Assembly: GCA_004297735.1 (NCBI GenBank)
Contig: SCTI01000002.1
Span: forward strand, 256,160 to 320,159
Length of the DNA: 64,000 bases
Reading direction: 5' to 3'
Source: Patescibacteria group bacterium
GTDB lineage: Bacteria; Patescibacteriota; Saccharimonadia; UBA4664; SCTI01
Shown here: positions 34,353 through 44,644 of the stretch, in pieces
Numbering within the stretch: the first letter of the stretch is position 1
Layout: each line of letters opens with the position of its first letter
Made by a program: the position numbers and the translations under genes
Notes under the pieces: generated by a model
Seen by the model: only the letters and a program-made list of their open reading frames with translations
Database searches by the model: none
Told to the model about the DNA's origin: nothing

Positions 34353-34783
34353 TGCCCTAATGTTCCAATTACAAATCCAATAATAACACGTGCTAAAGCT
34401 ACCACCACCAGGCCAGCTACAGCGTAGGTAATGGTTTTTTTAGCCGATTCAACTCGGCCTCTATCGCCAGTTGAGGTTATGTAGCCGATTCCACCTATAA
34501 CCAGAAAGACAACCGATACCAGTCCGCCAATATAGATAAAGGCGTTGGTGAGGGTAGTAAGGTAGGCCGGCGTGCCGTCCTCTTGATTTTGAAGGTCACC
34601 AGCTTTGGTGCAGCCGGCCACGTCGCCACCAGCCTTCTTAATGTCCTCGCAAGCCGGCTTGGTAAGCAGGTCGGAGGGAGTGGCGGCTTGCGCTGTGTCC
34701 ATATGTAAAACTTGAGGCATTGCCACTACCGCCACGACGGCTAGCACAAGAGTGATAATTCCGGTAAGTATAAGCCGTTTCAT
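34349..34783 (-). CDS. VirB2/TrbC-like T4SS pilin 5
   Basis: GGIGYITSTGD..VESAKKTITYAVAG; start MKRLIL at 34783. Confidence 0.85.
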   Translation of the reverse strand: MKRLILTGIITLVLAVVAVVAMPQVLHMDTAQAATPSDLLTKPACEDIKKAGGDVAGCTKAGDLQNQEDGTPAYLTTLTNAFIYIGGLVSVVFLVIGGIGYITSTGDRGRVESAKKTITYAVAGLVVVALARVIIGFVIGTLGQ

Positions 34784-34820
34784 GGCTTGCATTGTATCTG
34801 ATGTCAGATGGGGTGTAAAG

Positions 34821-35258
34821 TTAGCCCGACGGACTACTGGCAATAACAAAGCCAACTATTGCTCCGGCGGTAATTGACACAACCAGACCAATAATGGCGT
34901 AGGTTATGGTATTTTTGGCACTTTGAATCTTTCCGCTATCCCCATTGGAGCTGGAGTATTTAATTCCACCAATAACAAGGTAAATTACCGATAGGGCACC
35001 GGCAACAGTCGACAACACACCCACAGCGGTTTTAGCAATATTACTTAAGCTAATAACAGGTATTCCGAGTGGGTCATGAGACCTCTCGCCAGCTGGCTTT
35101 TGCGAAGGGGAGTCGAGACAGTTTTTATAGTCTGCATCCTTACAGCCAGTGATGCTTTCGGCAGCCATGGTTGGCTGAAAAGAAAAACCGAGAGCTACGA
35201 TAAGAGTAGTCGCTAAAGTTAGGCCTGTTGCAAAACGCTTGAGCTTCATACTGATCAT
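34821..35258 (-). CDS. VirB2/TrbC-like T4SS pilin 6
   Basis: GGIKYSSSNGD..IQSAKNTITYAIIG. Confidence 0.85.
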   Translation of the reverse strand: MISMKLKRFATGLTLATTLIVALGFSFQPTMAAESITGCKDADYKNCLDSPSQKPAGERSHDPLGIPVISLSNIAKTAVGVLSTVAGALSVIYLVIGGIKYSSSNGDSGKIQSAKNTITYAIIGLVVSITAGAIVGFVIASSPSG

Positions 35259-35283
35259 CCTATCTCATTTAGACATTGCTATG

Positions 35284-35607
35284 CTAGTCGAACTGCCGAA
35301 CAAGGTATTCAACAATAAGGTATGAGCCGCTAGCCAAAATAAGACCTAGCACCGCGTAGGTGATGGTATTTTTAGCTTCGGAAACCTTTCTAGGGTCACC
35401 CTGCGAGGTGATGTATTGAATACCTGCCCAGGTCACAATAATAACGGCTACCACGCCGCACAGAGTAGTTATTAGTTGGATGGCGTTGGCCAACAAAATT
35501 CCAAAAACATCAATATTATCAAACTTAGGTGGATTGGACAGACCATTATATAGACTAGGCAGGACATCGCGGCGATCCTGATCGGCCAATTTAACGATTA
35601 AACTCAT
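35284..35607 (-). CDS. VirB2/TrbC-like T4SS pilin 7
   Basis: AGIQYITSQGD..VSEAKNTITYAVLG; no obvious signal peptide. Confidence 0.8.
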   Translation of the reverse strand: MSLIVKLADQDRRDVLPSLYNGLSNPPKFDNIDVFGILLANAIQLITTLCGVVAVIIVTWAGIQYITSQGDPRKVSEAKNTITYAVLGLILASGSYLIVEYLVRQFD

Positions 35608-36053
35608 CTAAACACCTTTGCCCCTTCTGGTAGCAGAAACTGCAGAATTGAGAACATAAGTAAGTATAGAACCAAACCAGTAACCGCTCCCTTTAATCTA
35701 TCTTTAGCCCCTTGAACCTGACTTGAGTCTCCGGCGGAGATAACATACTGGAATCCAGCTATCGCCACTATTAGTATGAGAATGAGGCCAAAAATAGCAC
35801 TAAACCAGCGAATGGCAGCAGATAAAAAGGCGAAGATAGGGTTTTGCGAACTGTCGCCAATGCACTCGTCGCCCAGGGTGTGGTTAGGGGTCCCGCTCTT
35901 ATCCCTGCCATTCCATATTGTACTAACCGGCACCCCACCTTTATCTTTACAGGCTTTTTGCAAATCGGTATCAGCATAGGCTGGCGCGCTAAAGCTGCCA
36001 AGCATTGTGACTAGCATGGCGGGAACCATAAGAATGAGAGCAAGTCGTTTCAT
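35604..36053 (-). CDS. VirB2/TrbC-like T4SS pilin 8
   Basis: AGFQYVISAGD..VQGAKDRLKGAVTG. Confidence 0.8.
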   Translation of the reverse strand: MKRLALILMVPAMLVTMLGSFSAPAYADTDLQKACKDKGGVPVSTIWNGRDKSGTPNHTLGDECIGDSSQNPIFAFLSAAIRWFSAIFGLILILIVAIAGFQYVISAGDSSQVQGAKDRLKGAVTGLVLYLLMFSILQFLLPEGAKVFR

Positions 36054-36142
36054 CTGCGCCCATTCTATAAACCTAAAGCATATCCTGTCAAAGCTAACGC
36101 TTATTGAAGATGGTGCAATTCAGGTAGAAATCTATTAAACTT

Positions 36143-38602
36143 ATGCTTATGAAGGTGGGTATTTACAAAAGATTTTCAATCGCCCTTATTTTAATTGCAG
36201 CGACTGCTAGCCTTGGCTTGCCATTTTTTAGTGAACCTGCTCATGCCGCCAGTGAAAGCTACCTATTCTTTTTTAAGGATGGTGACAAGAGTGATGTTCA
36301 AAAAGGGCTAGACGGCAAAACGGACCTAGATCGAAACAACCTCACAAAAACAACCGTTTACATAAAGGATGGCATTTTTGGGGATAATAAGGTGCCTTTA
36401 TATTATGATTCCTCCGGATCATCGGTAGCAGGAAAGCCGCGTTATACAACCACTTATTACTGCTTTAACAATAAGCCGGTGACTTCACTGCCCCCAAATC
36501 AAGCAATCCCTTCTTACCAGACCATTGAATTAACTGCAACGATCACGGGGAGTCCAGATGTTACAAAGAGTGGTATAAGCTCTCATATTTTACCAGCAAA
36601 ACTAAGCTATGATGCCACTTATATAGGAACGGGTCCCGGTTCAGTCCCTCGCTCCTGTCTACCTTCAGCCGTCAGTCCGAGTAGTAGTCAAGGTAGTGTG
36701 GGCTTAGAAAACTATAATCAGCTTACGTCCGGCGGCAAAAGAGCGTGGGGTAGCCTACAGACGAGTACTGAGGCTAGTGCCGCCTCCAACCCAAGCACAA
36801 GTGCTGGCACTGGAGAGGATGACGACGAGCCAACCTGTCAATCCGAAGGCGGCGCATTAGCCTGGGTTTTCTGCCCAATGATTGAAATAATTCATGACAC
36901 TGTTGGCAAGATGATGAAGGATTTCATTCTTAACCAACTAGAATATGACCCCCTGAGCGTCGTACCGGGCGACGGAAATACAGCGGCAAATAATTTATAC
37001 AACGTGTGGGGCAACATCCGTGCTCTTGCCAATATACTGTTTGTGCTAATCTTCTTGTTCATTGTATTTGCTAACACGGTCGGTATGAATATCAATGCCT
37101 ACACCGTTAAAAAAATGCTGCCCCGTCTGGTCGCTGCGGTTGTACTGGTTCAGGTTTCATTTATTATCTGCTCCTTAGTTATTGATGCTGGAAATATAGC
37201 CGGACAAGGACTAGGTAGCCTTATAACCACCGCTCTTCCAGGCGCAGTAACCGAAGGGGCGGGTAGTGGAATTGGGGTAGGCTGGTCGGTTTTGAGTGGA
37301 GCTATTTTAGCCATTTTAGCGGTGGTCATCATTACAAAAATTGGTATTGCTGCGGTTCTTTTACTCGCATTAGGAGCGTTTTTCTCGGTTTTGTCGGTGG
37401 TTATAACGCTAATACTGCGCGACCTCATTATTAGCGTACTAGTAATTACCTCGCCACTTGCCTTTGCCGCCTGGGTCCTGCCAGGAACTGAGAAAATATT
37501 TAAAACTTGGTGGCGATTGTTTGTTCGCATAATTGTAATGTACCCAATGATTGTGCTGCTGTTTTCAGTGAGTAGCGTTCTGTCGGCAGCCAGCGCCGGT
37601 ACCACCGGAACGGCCGGTTTTGTTCAATCGGTTATCGCTGGAATATTCCCAATTATTGCCTTCTTTATGGTGCCATGGACCTTTAAGTGGGCCGGTGGCG
37701 CCATGGCAATGACGGCGGGTTATGTGGATGGCTGGACTAGCCGAGCAGGCGCGGCAACCGACAGAGGTCTTAGGAATAGCAAGCCCTACCAAGCTAACCA
37801 GCAGCGCCTCCAGGCACGGCGCGATTTAAGAAGCAGCCAGAAGCTCGGAAATCAATTAGGTAGCAGTAATGCTGCCAGGAGGGCCTGGGGAACTTTTATG
37901 GCTACGGGGGCGCCATTTGGGGGAAGGCTTAACCCAAATGGTGGATGGGGCAAAACAAGTCCTGCGGTTCAGCAAAAAGCCGATGACGCATTAAAGCAAG
38001 CCCGGGAAACCGCCCAAAATAATCTCCAGAACACCGGCACACAAGACCTTAAAGATAAGTTTGCAGCAACCGATGCTAGCGGCAAACTCAAGAACAAGAC
38101 AATGGGTGTGGCAGCAATTGGTGAGCTTGCAAAGCGGGGTCAGCTTACCAGTCAACATTTGGCGGCAATTCAAAAGACGTACGGAGCTGGCAGCCGTGAG
38201 GCAGGAATAGCCATGAAGTATGCACAGGGTCAGATGAGTGATAAGGCTAAAGATAATCACCCAATTTTGGCTTATGCGGACGCCGGCGCCAAGATTGATG
38301 CTGCCGGTAACTTTACCGAAATCAGCAAGAGCACTCATGACAGAATCACACAGAACACCTCTCCAAAATCGCTTGGTAGTCTGACTCAGCAGGGCCTGGC
38401 GGACATGCTGAACGCCACTGTTAAAGATGAAAAAGGCAACGACATGACATATACAGATAGTCGAGGAAATACTCGGAAGAGAAATGGCTTAGATGCTGTA
38501 GCCACGCACACCCTAAATGCCGCGGTTAATGATCCGAAGATTACTCGCAACATGCATCCAGACGTCCTTCGTGACCTTAGGGCTGAAGCGAGGAATCGCT
38601 AA
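36143..38602 (+). CDS. VirB6/TrbL-like polytopic T4SS membrane protein A
   Basis: Signal peptide; C..GALAWVFCP; W..IRALAN; KKMLPRL; SPLAFAAWVLPGT; basic C-tail. Confidence 0.75.
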   Translation: MLMKVGIYKRFSIALILIAATASLGLPFFSEPAHAASESYLFFFKDGDKSDVQKGLDGKTDLDRNNLTKTTVYIKDGIFGDNKVPLYYDSSGSSVAGKPRYTTTYYCFNNKPVTSLPPNQAIPSYQTIELTATITGSPDVTKSGISSHILPAKLSYDATYIGTGPGSVPRSCLPSAVSPSSSQGSVGLENYNQLTSGGKRAWGSLQTSTEASAASNPSTSAGTGEDDDEPTCQSEGGALAWVFCPMIEIIHDTVGKMMKDFILNQLEYDPLSVVPGDGNTAANNLYNVWGNIRALANILFVLIFLFIVFANTVGMNINAYTVKKMLPRLVAAVVLVQVSFIICSLVIDAGNIAGQGLGSLITTALPGAVTEGAGSGIGVGWSVLSGAILAILAVVIITKIGIAAVLLLALGAFFSVLSVVITLILRDLIISVLVITSPLAFAAWVLPGTEKIFKTWWRLFVRIIVMYPMIVLLFSVSSVLSAASAGTTGTAGFVQSVIAGIFPIIAFFMVPWTFKWAGGAMAMTAGYVDGWTSRAGAATDRGLRNSKPYQANQQRLQARRDLRSSQKLGNQLGSSNAARRAWGTFMATGAPFGGRLNPNGGWGKTSPAVQQKADDALKQARETAQNNLQNTGTQDLKDKFAATDASGKLKNKTMGVAAIGELAKRGQLTSQHLAAIQKTYGAGSREAGIAMKYAQGQMSDKAKDNHPILAYADAGAKIDAAGNFTEISKSTHDRITQNTSPKSLGSLTQQGLADMLNATVKDEKGNDMTYTDSRGNTRKRNGLDAVATHTLNAAVNDPKITRNMHPDVLRDLRAEARNR

Positions 38603-38697
38603 AAGCCGACTTACCTTAACCCGCTTATCCTTGTATCTGTACACCAGATGGGATACGATGTTCTATTCGTCTTTGTATAAAGGTAGAGCAAATTATC

Positions 38698-41010
38698 ATG
38701 CAGACAATCAGGCGAGCAGTACTGGCGGCGCTGCTGGCATACACCATGCTGATCGGTATTATTGGACCGCTCAGCCAGATGTCGTTGACCGCTGGTGCCA
38801 AGCCCGCGGCTTTTAGCATTGGTAAGCCCGCCTACGCCGCCACCGCGCAAGAAGCATGTAGCTCTTATACGGGCAAAGATAAGTCTGCCTGCGAGTCCGG
38901 GTACAGGGGTGGCGATGACGGTAAGACCCGTTCTGAAACTTGTGACAGGTATGCCAATAGCAATCAAAGTGCCTTAGCCTGCTCGGCTGGATTTGATGCG
39001 GCGTTGATGTTGCACAATGGTAATCCAACCACCACTAGTTCAAATGGCGAGTCTGGCTCAACCGATCGCGAAGAGGGCTGCGCTAAGGCTCAGGGGCCAG
39101 CGGCTTGGTTTACCTGTCCAATGTTTGATCGCATCACCAACTTTATGGTTGAGGGCGGCCAAGAGATTATTAGGCAGTTCTTGGTAATTGAGCCGCTTAA
39201 GTTTGAGGGTCCAATGTATGACACCTGGAATACGGTTCGTACGCTTACAAATGTGCTGTTTGTATTGATCTTTTTGGTGGTTATATTTGGCAACACAGTC
39301 GGTATGAGCGCCTACCATATTCGCAGCATGATACCAAAGTTGGTTGTGGCGGTTTTACTGGTGCAAGCATCATTCTTAATCACCGCGGTAGGGGTTGATA
39401 TTGGCAACATTCTTGGAGCTGGGGTGGTTCAGTTGATATCGGGCGTAATGAACCATGGAGCGACCGTTAGCGGGCCCAGTGGTGACGCCTTAGCGGGTAA
39501 CCTCTTTTTAGCGGCCGGGTTGGTTGTTTTGGTAACAATCGGGTGGGAGATTGCCGGACCTTTGTTGCTATTGGTGTTTTTGAGCGCCATCGCCATGATT
39601 GTAACTTTAGCTTTTCGCTACTTTTTAATTGGCGTACTGATTGTTGTTTCTCCGCTAGCCTTCGCGGCGATGGTGTTGCCAGGAACAGAACAGTACTTTG
39701 ACCGCTGGCGCAGCACTTTTATTAGACTTATTTTAATGTACCCAATCATCATGGCGTTACTGGCTCTGGCCGCAAATGTAGGGGCATTAATGCCGGTGTC
39801 GGCTGACAGTGGTGCGTTTGGCGGCGATGCCGCCCAAGCCCTGGCGCCAATTGTAATTAAGGTCTTGGTTTTAATTGCCTGTTTTTCGGCCGTACCAATG
39901 ACCTTTAAGTGGGCCGGCGGTTTTATGGAGCTGGCTGCCAGTCGGATAGATGATATTCGCAAGGGCGGTCACCGCGCGGTTAGAGGTAGCGATGCGTGGA
40001 AGGCGGGGCGTCACCGTCAGGCTAGTCGGGCGGCCAACCGGGCCGATCGAGCGGCGGCGTTTGCCAACGAAGGAGCCGGTAAAAACATTTTTGGCCGCGA
40101 CAACTCGGCCAGCAGGTTCTTACAGGGGGCCTTGGTTGGAGTGGCTGGTGCGTCGGCAGGTGGCGGCCTGGATGGCGCTCTAACACGGGAACGACGCAAG
40201 CAAGCGGCCATTGGTAAAATTATGGATGACTTTAAGAGTCTGAACGTGTCGCGCGGAGACAAGCAAAAGCTGGTGGCGGCCCGGTCTAAGCGAGAGGTGC
40301 CGGCCAGCCTGCAGCCTTACTACTCAACACTTGGGCAAGCGGCGGCGTTTCGTTCGCTCAACAAGGATAAGGCCCGGGGTGAGGCGGCGAGCAGTGAGGC
40401 GGCTCTGGCGGCAATGGCGGTTACCGCCGAAGGAAAGCGGCGAGCCGAAGAGATTCGCAAGCTGGCCTACCAAGGTGAAGGCGGAGCAATGTATGGCGCC
40501 GACCCGGCTCTGGCTAATGGTGGTCTGGGCGGTAAACAAGCGCTTAAGCCCGGTTCTGGTAGCAAGATTAAATCGAGCGATGTAGCTGGCATTATGTCGA
40601 ATGTTGATTCGGTCCGCCGCAACTTTGGCCACAGCCTGAGTGGTGGGGTAGAAAAAGCCACCCGTCAAATGGGAGCGGTTAATGCAGCAGGCAAGGTAAC
40701 CGGCCCCGATTTTGTTGAGCAGCACTTGCAGGCCCACGGCCTGGTTGGCGGTCTGGCCACCGACTTAAGTGTTCAGGCCTTTAAGGACTCCTTAAAAGGT
40801 CGGCATTTCTCGGAGACATCGGGTGATGCTAGACGTGAGATGAAGGACGTATTAACCAATGCCGAAGCTGGCCGGCGAATTATGGTGCTGCAAAACTTTG
40901 AGGCGAGCTTGCGGGCAGCTGGTCGCACCACCGAAGCCAACGAGGTACAACGGCGCCATACCAATCTGCAAAACCTACGTAACGAAGCCAATACTTTAAT
41001 TACCGACTAA
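38698..41010 (+). CDS. VirB6/TrbL-like polytopic T4SS membrane protein B
   Basis: Paralogous core (WFTCP, WNTVRTLTN, SPLAFAAMVLPGT, PMTFKWAGG); Cys-rich N-terminus. Confidence 0.75.
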   Translation: MQTIRRAVLAALLAYTMLIGIIGPLSQMSLTAGAKPAAFSIGKPAYAATAQEACSSYTGKDKSACESGYRGGDDGKTRSETCDRYANSNQSALACSAGFDAALMLHNGNPTTTSSNGESGSTDREEGCAKAQGPAAWFTCPMFDRITNFMVEGGQEIIRQFLVIEPLKFEGPMYDTWNTVRTLTNVLFVLIFLVVIFGNTVGMSAYHIRSMIPKLVVAVLLVQASFLITAVGVDIGNILGAGVVQLISGVMNHGATVSGPSGDALAGNLFLAAGLVVLVTIGWEIAGPLLLLVFLSAIAMIVTLAFRYFLIGVLIVVSPLAFAAMVLPGTEQYFDRWRSTFIRLILMYPIIMALLALAANVGALMPVSADSGAFGGDAAQALAPIVIKVLVLIACFSAVPMTFKWAGGFMELAASRIDDIRKGGHRAVRGSDAWKAGRHRQASRAANRADRAAAFANEGAGKNIFGRDNSASRFLQGALVGVAGASAGGGLDGALTRERRKQAAIGKIMDDFKSLNVSRGDKQKLVAARSKREVPASLQPYYSTLGQAAAFRSLNKDKARGEAASSEAALAAMAVTAEGKRRAEEIRKLAYQGEGGAMYGADPALANGGLGGKQALKPGSGSKIKSSDVAGIMSNVDSVRRNFGHSLSGGVEKATRQMGAVNAAGKVTGPDFVEQHLQAHGLVGGLATDLSVQAFKDSLKGRHFSETSGDARREMKDVLTNAEAGRRIMVLQNFEASLRAAGRTTEANEVQRRHTNLQNLRNEANTLITD

Positions 41011-41065
41011 CTCCTTACCGGTCGACAACCATAACCATTTTTTATAAGATAGGGTCAGGAGAGGT

Positions 41066-42010
41066 ATGGGCACATATAAGGTTCCACAGAACGTTGAGGC
41101 CGAGGATAAAATCCTAGGGCCGTTGTCGCTCAAGCAGTTCATTTATGCACTGATTGGCTTGGCGTGGGGCTTTTTAACCTTCGCGCTGTTTCGCCAGGTG
41201 ATTGTGCTGTGGGTTTTAATTGGTATTCCACCGGCACTTTTCTTATTGGCGCTTGGACTCTACCAGAAAGAGGATCAGCCGCTTGAGACCTTTGTAATTG
41301 CCATTTTCCAGTTCCTGGTTAGACCAAAGACCAGACTATGGCACAAGGAGCCAATTGCCGAGGTGTTTCGCCTAGAGCCACCCCCACCCAAGGCCGAGAT
41401 CGCTCACCGAGATCCACGCGAAGTTAGGGGACAGCTGCAGCGTTTAGCCGAGCTGGTTGATACACGAGGTTGGTCGGCCAAGCAGCCAGAGCTACAAGAG
41501 GCGGGGGACGAAGCTCCGGTAATCGACTTAATGGACCGGATTGGTGCCGGTGCGCTGGTGCCACAACAAACCCCTTCACTGGGTGGAGCAGCGGTACTAA
41601 CTCCAGCGCCAGCCGGCATGGTGGCGGCACCCGCTACTACCGACGCCCCCGCCGCACCTAATCCTGGCGACCCAGGTATTACCGAAGAAGATGACATCTT
41701 GGCCGAAGGTGGCCAGGTCAGCCAAAACCTTAACACGCTGATTCAAAACAGCGTTAAAAGTATGCGCGCCGAAGCGGTTGAACGCATGAAAAAACCGACC
41801 GCTCCGGTTGCAGCGAAAAAGGTTTCGCCCACCACTCCAAGCACAAGCGGATTAACAGCGCCTCTATCTGGTGATATACTTAAGCTAGCAACTGAAGGTG
41901 GAGATCTGACGGTGGCTCAAATTGCCGCTCAGGCTCACAGGAAACAAGATTTAGTAGAGGGTCAAACGGTACAAGTTCGGAATGGCAACACCACAACCAC
42001 AACCAGCTAA
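41066..42010 (+). CDS. PrgI-family (VirB3-like) protein
   Basis: YKVPQNVEAEDKILGPLSLKQF, two TMs, RPKTRLW. Confidence 0.82.
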   Translation: MGTYKVPQNVEAEDKILGPLSLKQFIYALIGLAWGFLTFALFRQVIVLWVLIGIPPALFLLALGLYQKEDQPLETFVIAIFQFLVRPKTRLWHKEPIAEVFRLEPPPPKAEIAHRDPREVRGQLQRLAELVDTRGWSAKQPELQEAGDEAPVIDLMDRIGAGALVPQQTPSLGGAAVLTPAPAGMVAAPATTDAPAAPNPGDPGITEEDDILAEGGQVSQNLNTLIQNSVKSMRAEAVERMKKPTAPVAAKKVSPTTPSTSGLTAPLSGDILKLATEGGDLTVAQIAAQAHRKQDLVEGQTVQVRNGNTTTTTS

Positions 42011-42734
42011 AAAGGGCCCAAAAAAGAACGGGACCCAGGACACCATTTTAATTTCGGAGATCCGAGATGGAATTGTGGTGATGCGTGATGGCAGCTTACG
42101 GGCCGTAGTTATGGCCAGCGCAATTAACTTCGACTTAATGAGCCCTCAAGAACGCGACTCGGTTGAGTACGCCTACCAGAGCTTTTTAAACTCGCTTCAC
42201 TTTCCAGTTCAGATCCTAATTAAGTCACAGAAGCTCGATTTAGATAACTACATCGCCAAACTGGCTCAGCTGCGCCAAGACCAAGACAACGATTTGCTCG
42301 GTCTACTAATGGACGACTACATTGCCAACATTCAATCGCTGGTTGACGAGGTGAACATCATGGATAAGCAGTTCTATGTGGTGGTTCCGTTCTTCCCGCC
42401 AGCAATGACCAAGGTTAAGAAGGGTAATTTGGCTACCGGCTTAATGGGTGCCTTAAAACAGCAAGACGTAACCACCGTAAACGAAACCGATTTTGCGGCG
42501 TTTAAGGAAGAGTTAACCCAGCGGGTTCAAATGGTATCATCGGGACTCAGTCAGATGGGGGTACGCAACATTCCACTTAACACCCAGGAGCTAATTGAGC
42601 TTTATTACAGCAGCTACAACCCAGATGTGGCCCAAAACCAGCGCTTAACCGAAGCAGCGCAGCTGCAAACCGCCGCGGTCACCAAGGGTGAGGGGCAGGC
42701 TCCAACTCAACTAGCTCAAGGAGGACCTTTCTAG
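41982..42734 (+). CDS. TraC/VirB4 N-terminal-like T4SS protein
   Basis: EIRDGIVV..DG.LRAV, INFDLMS..E, FLNSL.FPVQI, FYVVVP. Confidence 0.72.
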   Translation: MATPQPQPAKKGPKKNGTQDTILISEIRDGIVVMRDGSLRAVVMASAINFDLMSPQERDSVEYAYQSFLNSLHFPVQILIKSQKLDLDNYIAKLAQLRQDQDNDLLGLLMDDYIANIQSLVDEVNIMDKQFYVVVPFFPPAMTKVKKGNLATGLMGALKQQDVTTVNETDFAAFKEELTQRVQMVSSGLSQMGVRNIPLNTQELIELYYSSYNPDVAQNQRLTEAAQLQTAAVTKGEGQAPTQLAQGGPF

Positions 42735-44644
42735 TGGGGCTTTTTGGTAAAAAACCAGATCAAGATCCGGTAGCGCTGGCCGAAGCCCAGCGGTTACGCG
42801 AACAACAAGAAGCCGAGGCGATCTACCGCCAGGGCATTGTGAGTCTACGCGACCTAATCGCGCCTCCATCACTCGAAATTGCTGGCGACCACCTGCGAGT
42901 AGGCACCCGGTTTGCTCGTACCTTATACGTGTACGGTTACCCGCGACAGATTTACACCGGCTGGTTGAGCCCAATCATCAACCTCGATGAGGTGCTCGAC
43001 ATCAGTATGTTTATCTACCCGGTTGAGAGCCAGGTGGTTCTAAACAACCTACGCCGAAAGGTGGGTCAGCTCGAAGCCAGCTACGCCATCAACCAAGAAA
43101 AGGGGAGGGTTCGTGACCCAGCCCTAGAGGCAGCCATTCTCGATGCCGAAGAACTACGTGACAAGCTGCAGGTGGGCGAGGAGCGATTCTTCCGCTTTGG
43201 ACTTTACGTTACCATCTACGGCGATAGCATGGATGAGATTAAAAATGTTCAACGAAAACTTGAGGGAATCTTTGGTCAGTCGCTGGTATACAGTAAGCCG
43301 GCCAGCATGCAAATGGAGCCAGGCTTTAACTCAACCCTGCCGATGGCTAACGACCAGCTTCAGGTTAGCCGCAACATGAACACCGGGGCGCTATCGACCA
43401 GCTTCCCATTTACCTCGGCCGAACTCAGCCACAACGAAGGCGTGCTTTACGGCGTCAACCGTCACAACAACGGCTTGGTTTTGTTTGACCGCTTTACGCT
43501 CGAAAACGCCAATATGGTGGTATTCGCTAAGTCCGGTGGCGGTAAGTCGTTTGCGGTTAAACTAGAGGCCTTGCGCAGCTTAATGATCGGTACCGAGGTA
43601 TTGGTAATCGACCCCGAAAACGAGTATCAAACCCTGTGCGAAGCGGTTGGTGGTAGCTATTTGCGACTGAGCCTAGCCTCACAGAACCGCCTTAACCCGT
43701 TTGATCTACCGCACGTACTCGATAGCGAGGATGCCGATAACGCCCTGCGGGCCAACATCATCACCCTGCACGGCCTGCTACGGCTAATGATGGGTGGTGA
43801 CGCCGCGCCGCTCAGCCCGGCCGAAGACGCCGACTTAGATGTGGCCATTATTAATACCTACGCAAAGGCCGGTATTACTAACGATCCGCTAACTCATAGC
43901 GCCACGCCACCAACCATGAATGACCTTCATAAAACTTTAAGTGAGATGAGTGGAAACGGTCCGTCATTGGCCCAGCGCTTACGCAAGTACACCACCGGCA
44001 CCTTTGCTGGAATCTTTAGTGAGCAGTCCAACGTTGATTTGTATAACAAGTTCGTGGTGTTTAATATTCGCGACCTCGAAGACGAGCTGCGCCCGGTCGG
44101 TATGTACATTGTGCTCAACTACATCTGGAACAAGGTTAAATCCGACAAGCGCCGGCGTATCTTGGTGGTTGATGAGGCCTGGCAGTTAATGAAGTATGAA
44201 GATTCGGCCAACTTTATGTTTAGTATTGCCAAGCGAGCCCGTAAATACCAGCTGGGCCTAACCACGATTTCGCAGGACGTTGATGACTTTTTGAGCTCAC
44301 GTATGGGTCGAGCGGTGGTCAGTAACTCTTCGCTACAACTTCTACTTAAGCAAGCGCCGTCTTCGGTCGACATTGTGGGTGAGACCTTTAAGCTGACTAG
44401 CGAGGAAAAGAGCCGGTTGACCAGTTTTCCGGTGGGCGAGGGGCTGTTCTTTGCCGGGTTGAACCATGTGGTTATGCGAATTTTGGCCTCCCAAACCGAG
44501 AGCCAGTTGATTACCACCAGCCCGCAACAGGTGGCAGCCCAGCAGGCGGCCCAGCAGTATCAACAGGAGGCCCAACAAGCGGCTCCTCCACCGGCAAGCC
44601 AACCACTGGAGACAGGAGAGCAGGAGCTAAACAGTGCCGGTTGA
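42734..44644 (+). CDS. VirB4-like T4SS ATPase
   Basis: Walker A AKSGGGKS, IDPENEY, LNPFD, Walker B LVVDEAW, RARKY. Confidence 0.92.
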   Translation: MGLFGKKPDQDPVALAEAQRLREQQEAEAIYRQGIVSLRDLIAPPSLEIAGDHLRVGTRFARTLYVYGYPRQIYTGWLSPIINLDEVLDISMFIYPVESQVVLNNLRRKVGQLEASYAINQEKGRVRDPALEAAILDAEELRDKLQVGEERFFRFGLYVTIYGDSMDEIKNVQRKLEGIFGQSLVYSKPASMQMEPGFNSTLPMANDQLQVSRNMNTGALSTSFPFTSAELSHNEGVLYGVNRHNNGLVLFDRFTLENANMVVFAKSGGGKSFAVKLEALRSLMIGTEVLVIDPENEYQTLCEAVGGSYLRLSLASQNRLNPFDLPHVLDSEDADNALRANIITLHGLLRLMMGGDAAPLSPAEDADLDVAIINTYAKAGITNDPLTHSATPPTMNDLHKTLSEMSGNGPSLAQRLRKYTTGTFAGIFSEQSNVDLYNKFVVFNIRDLEDELRPVGMYIVLNYIWNKVKSDKRRRILVVDEAWQLMKYEDSANFMFSIAKRARKYQLGLTTISQDVDDFLSSRMGRAVVSNSSLQLLLKQAPSSVDIVGETFKLTSEEKSRLTSFPVGEGLFFAGLNHVVMRILASQTESQLITTSPQQVAAQQAAQQYQQEAQQAAPPPASQPLETGEQELNSAG

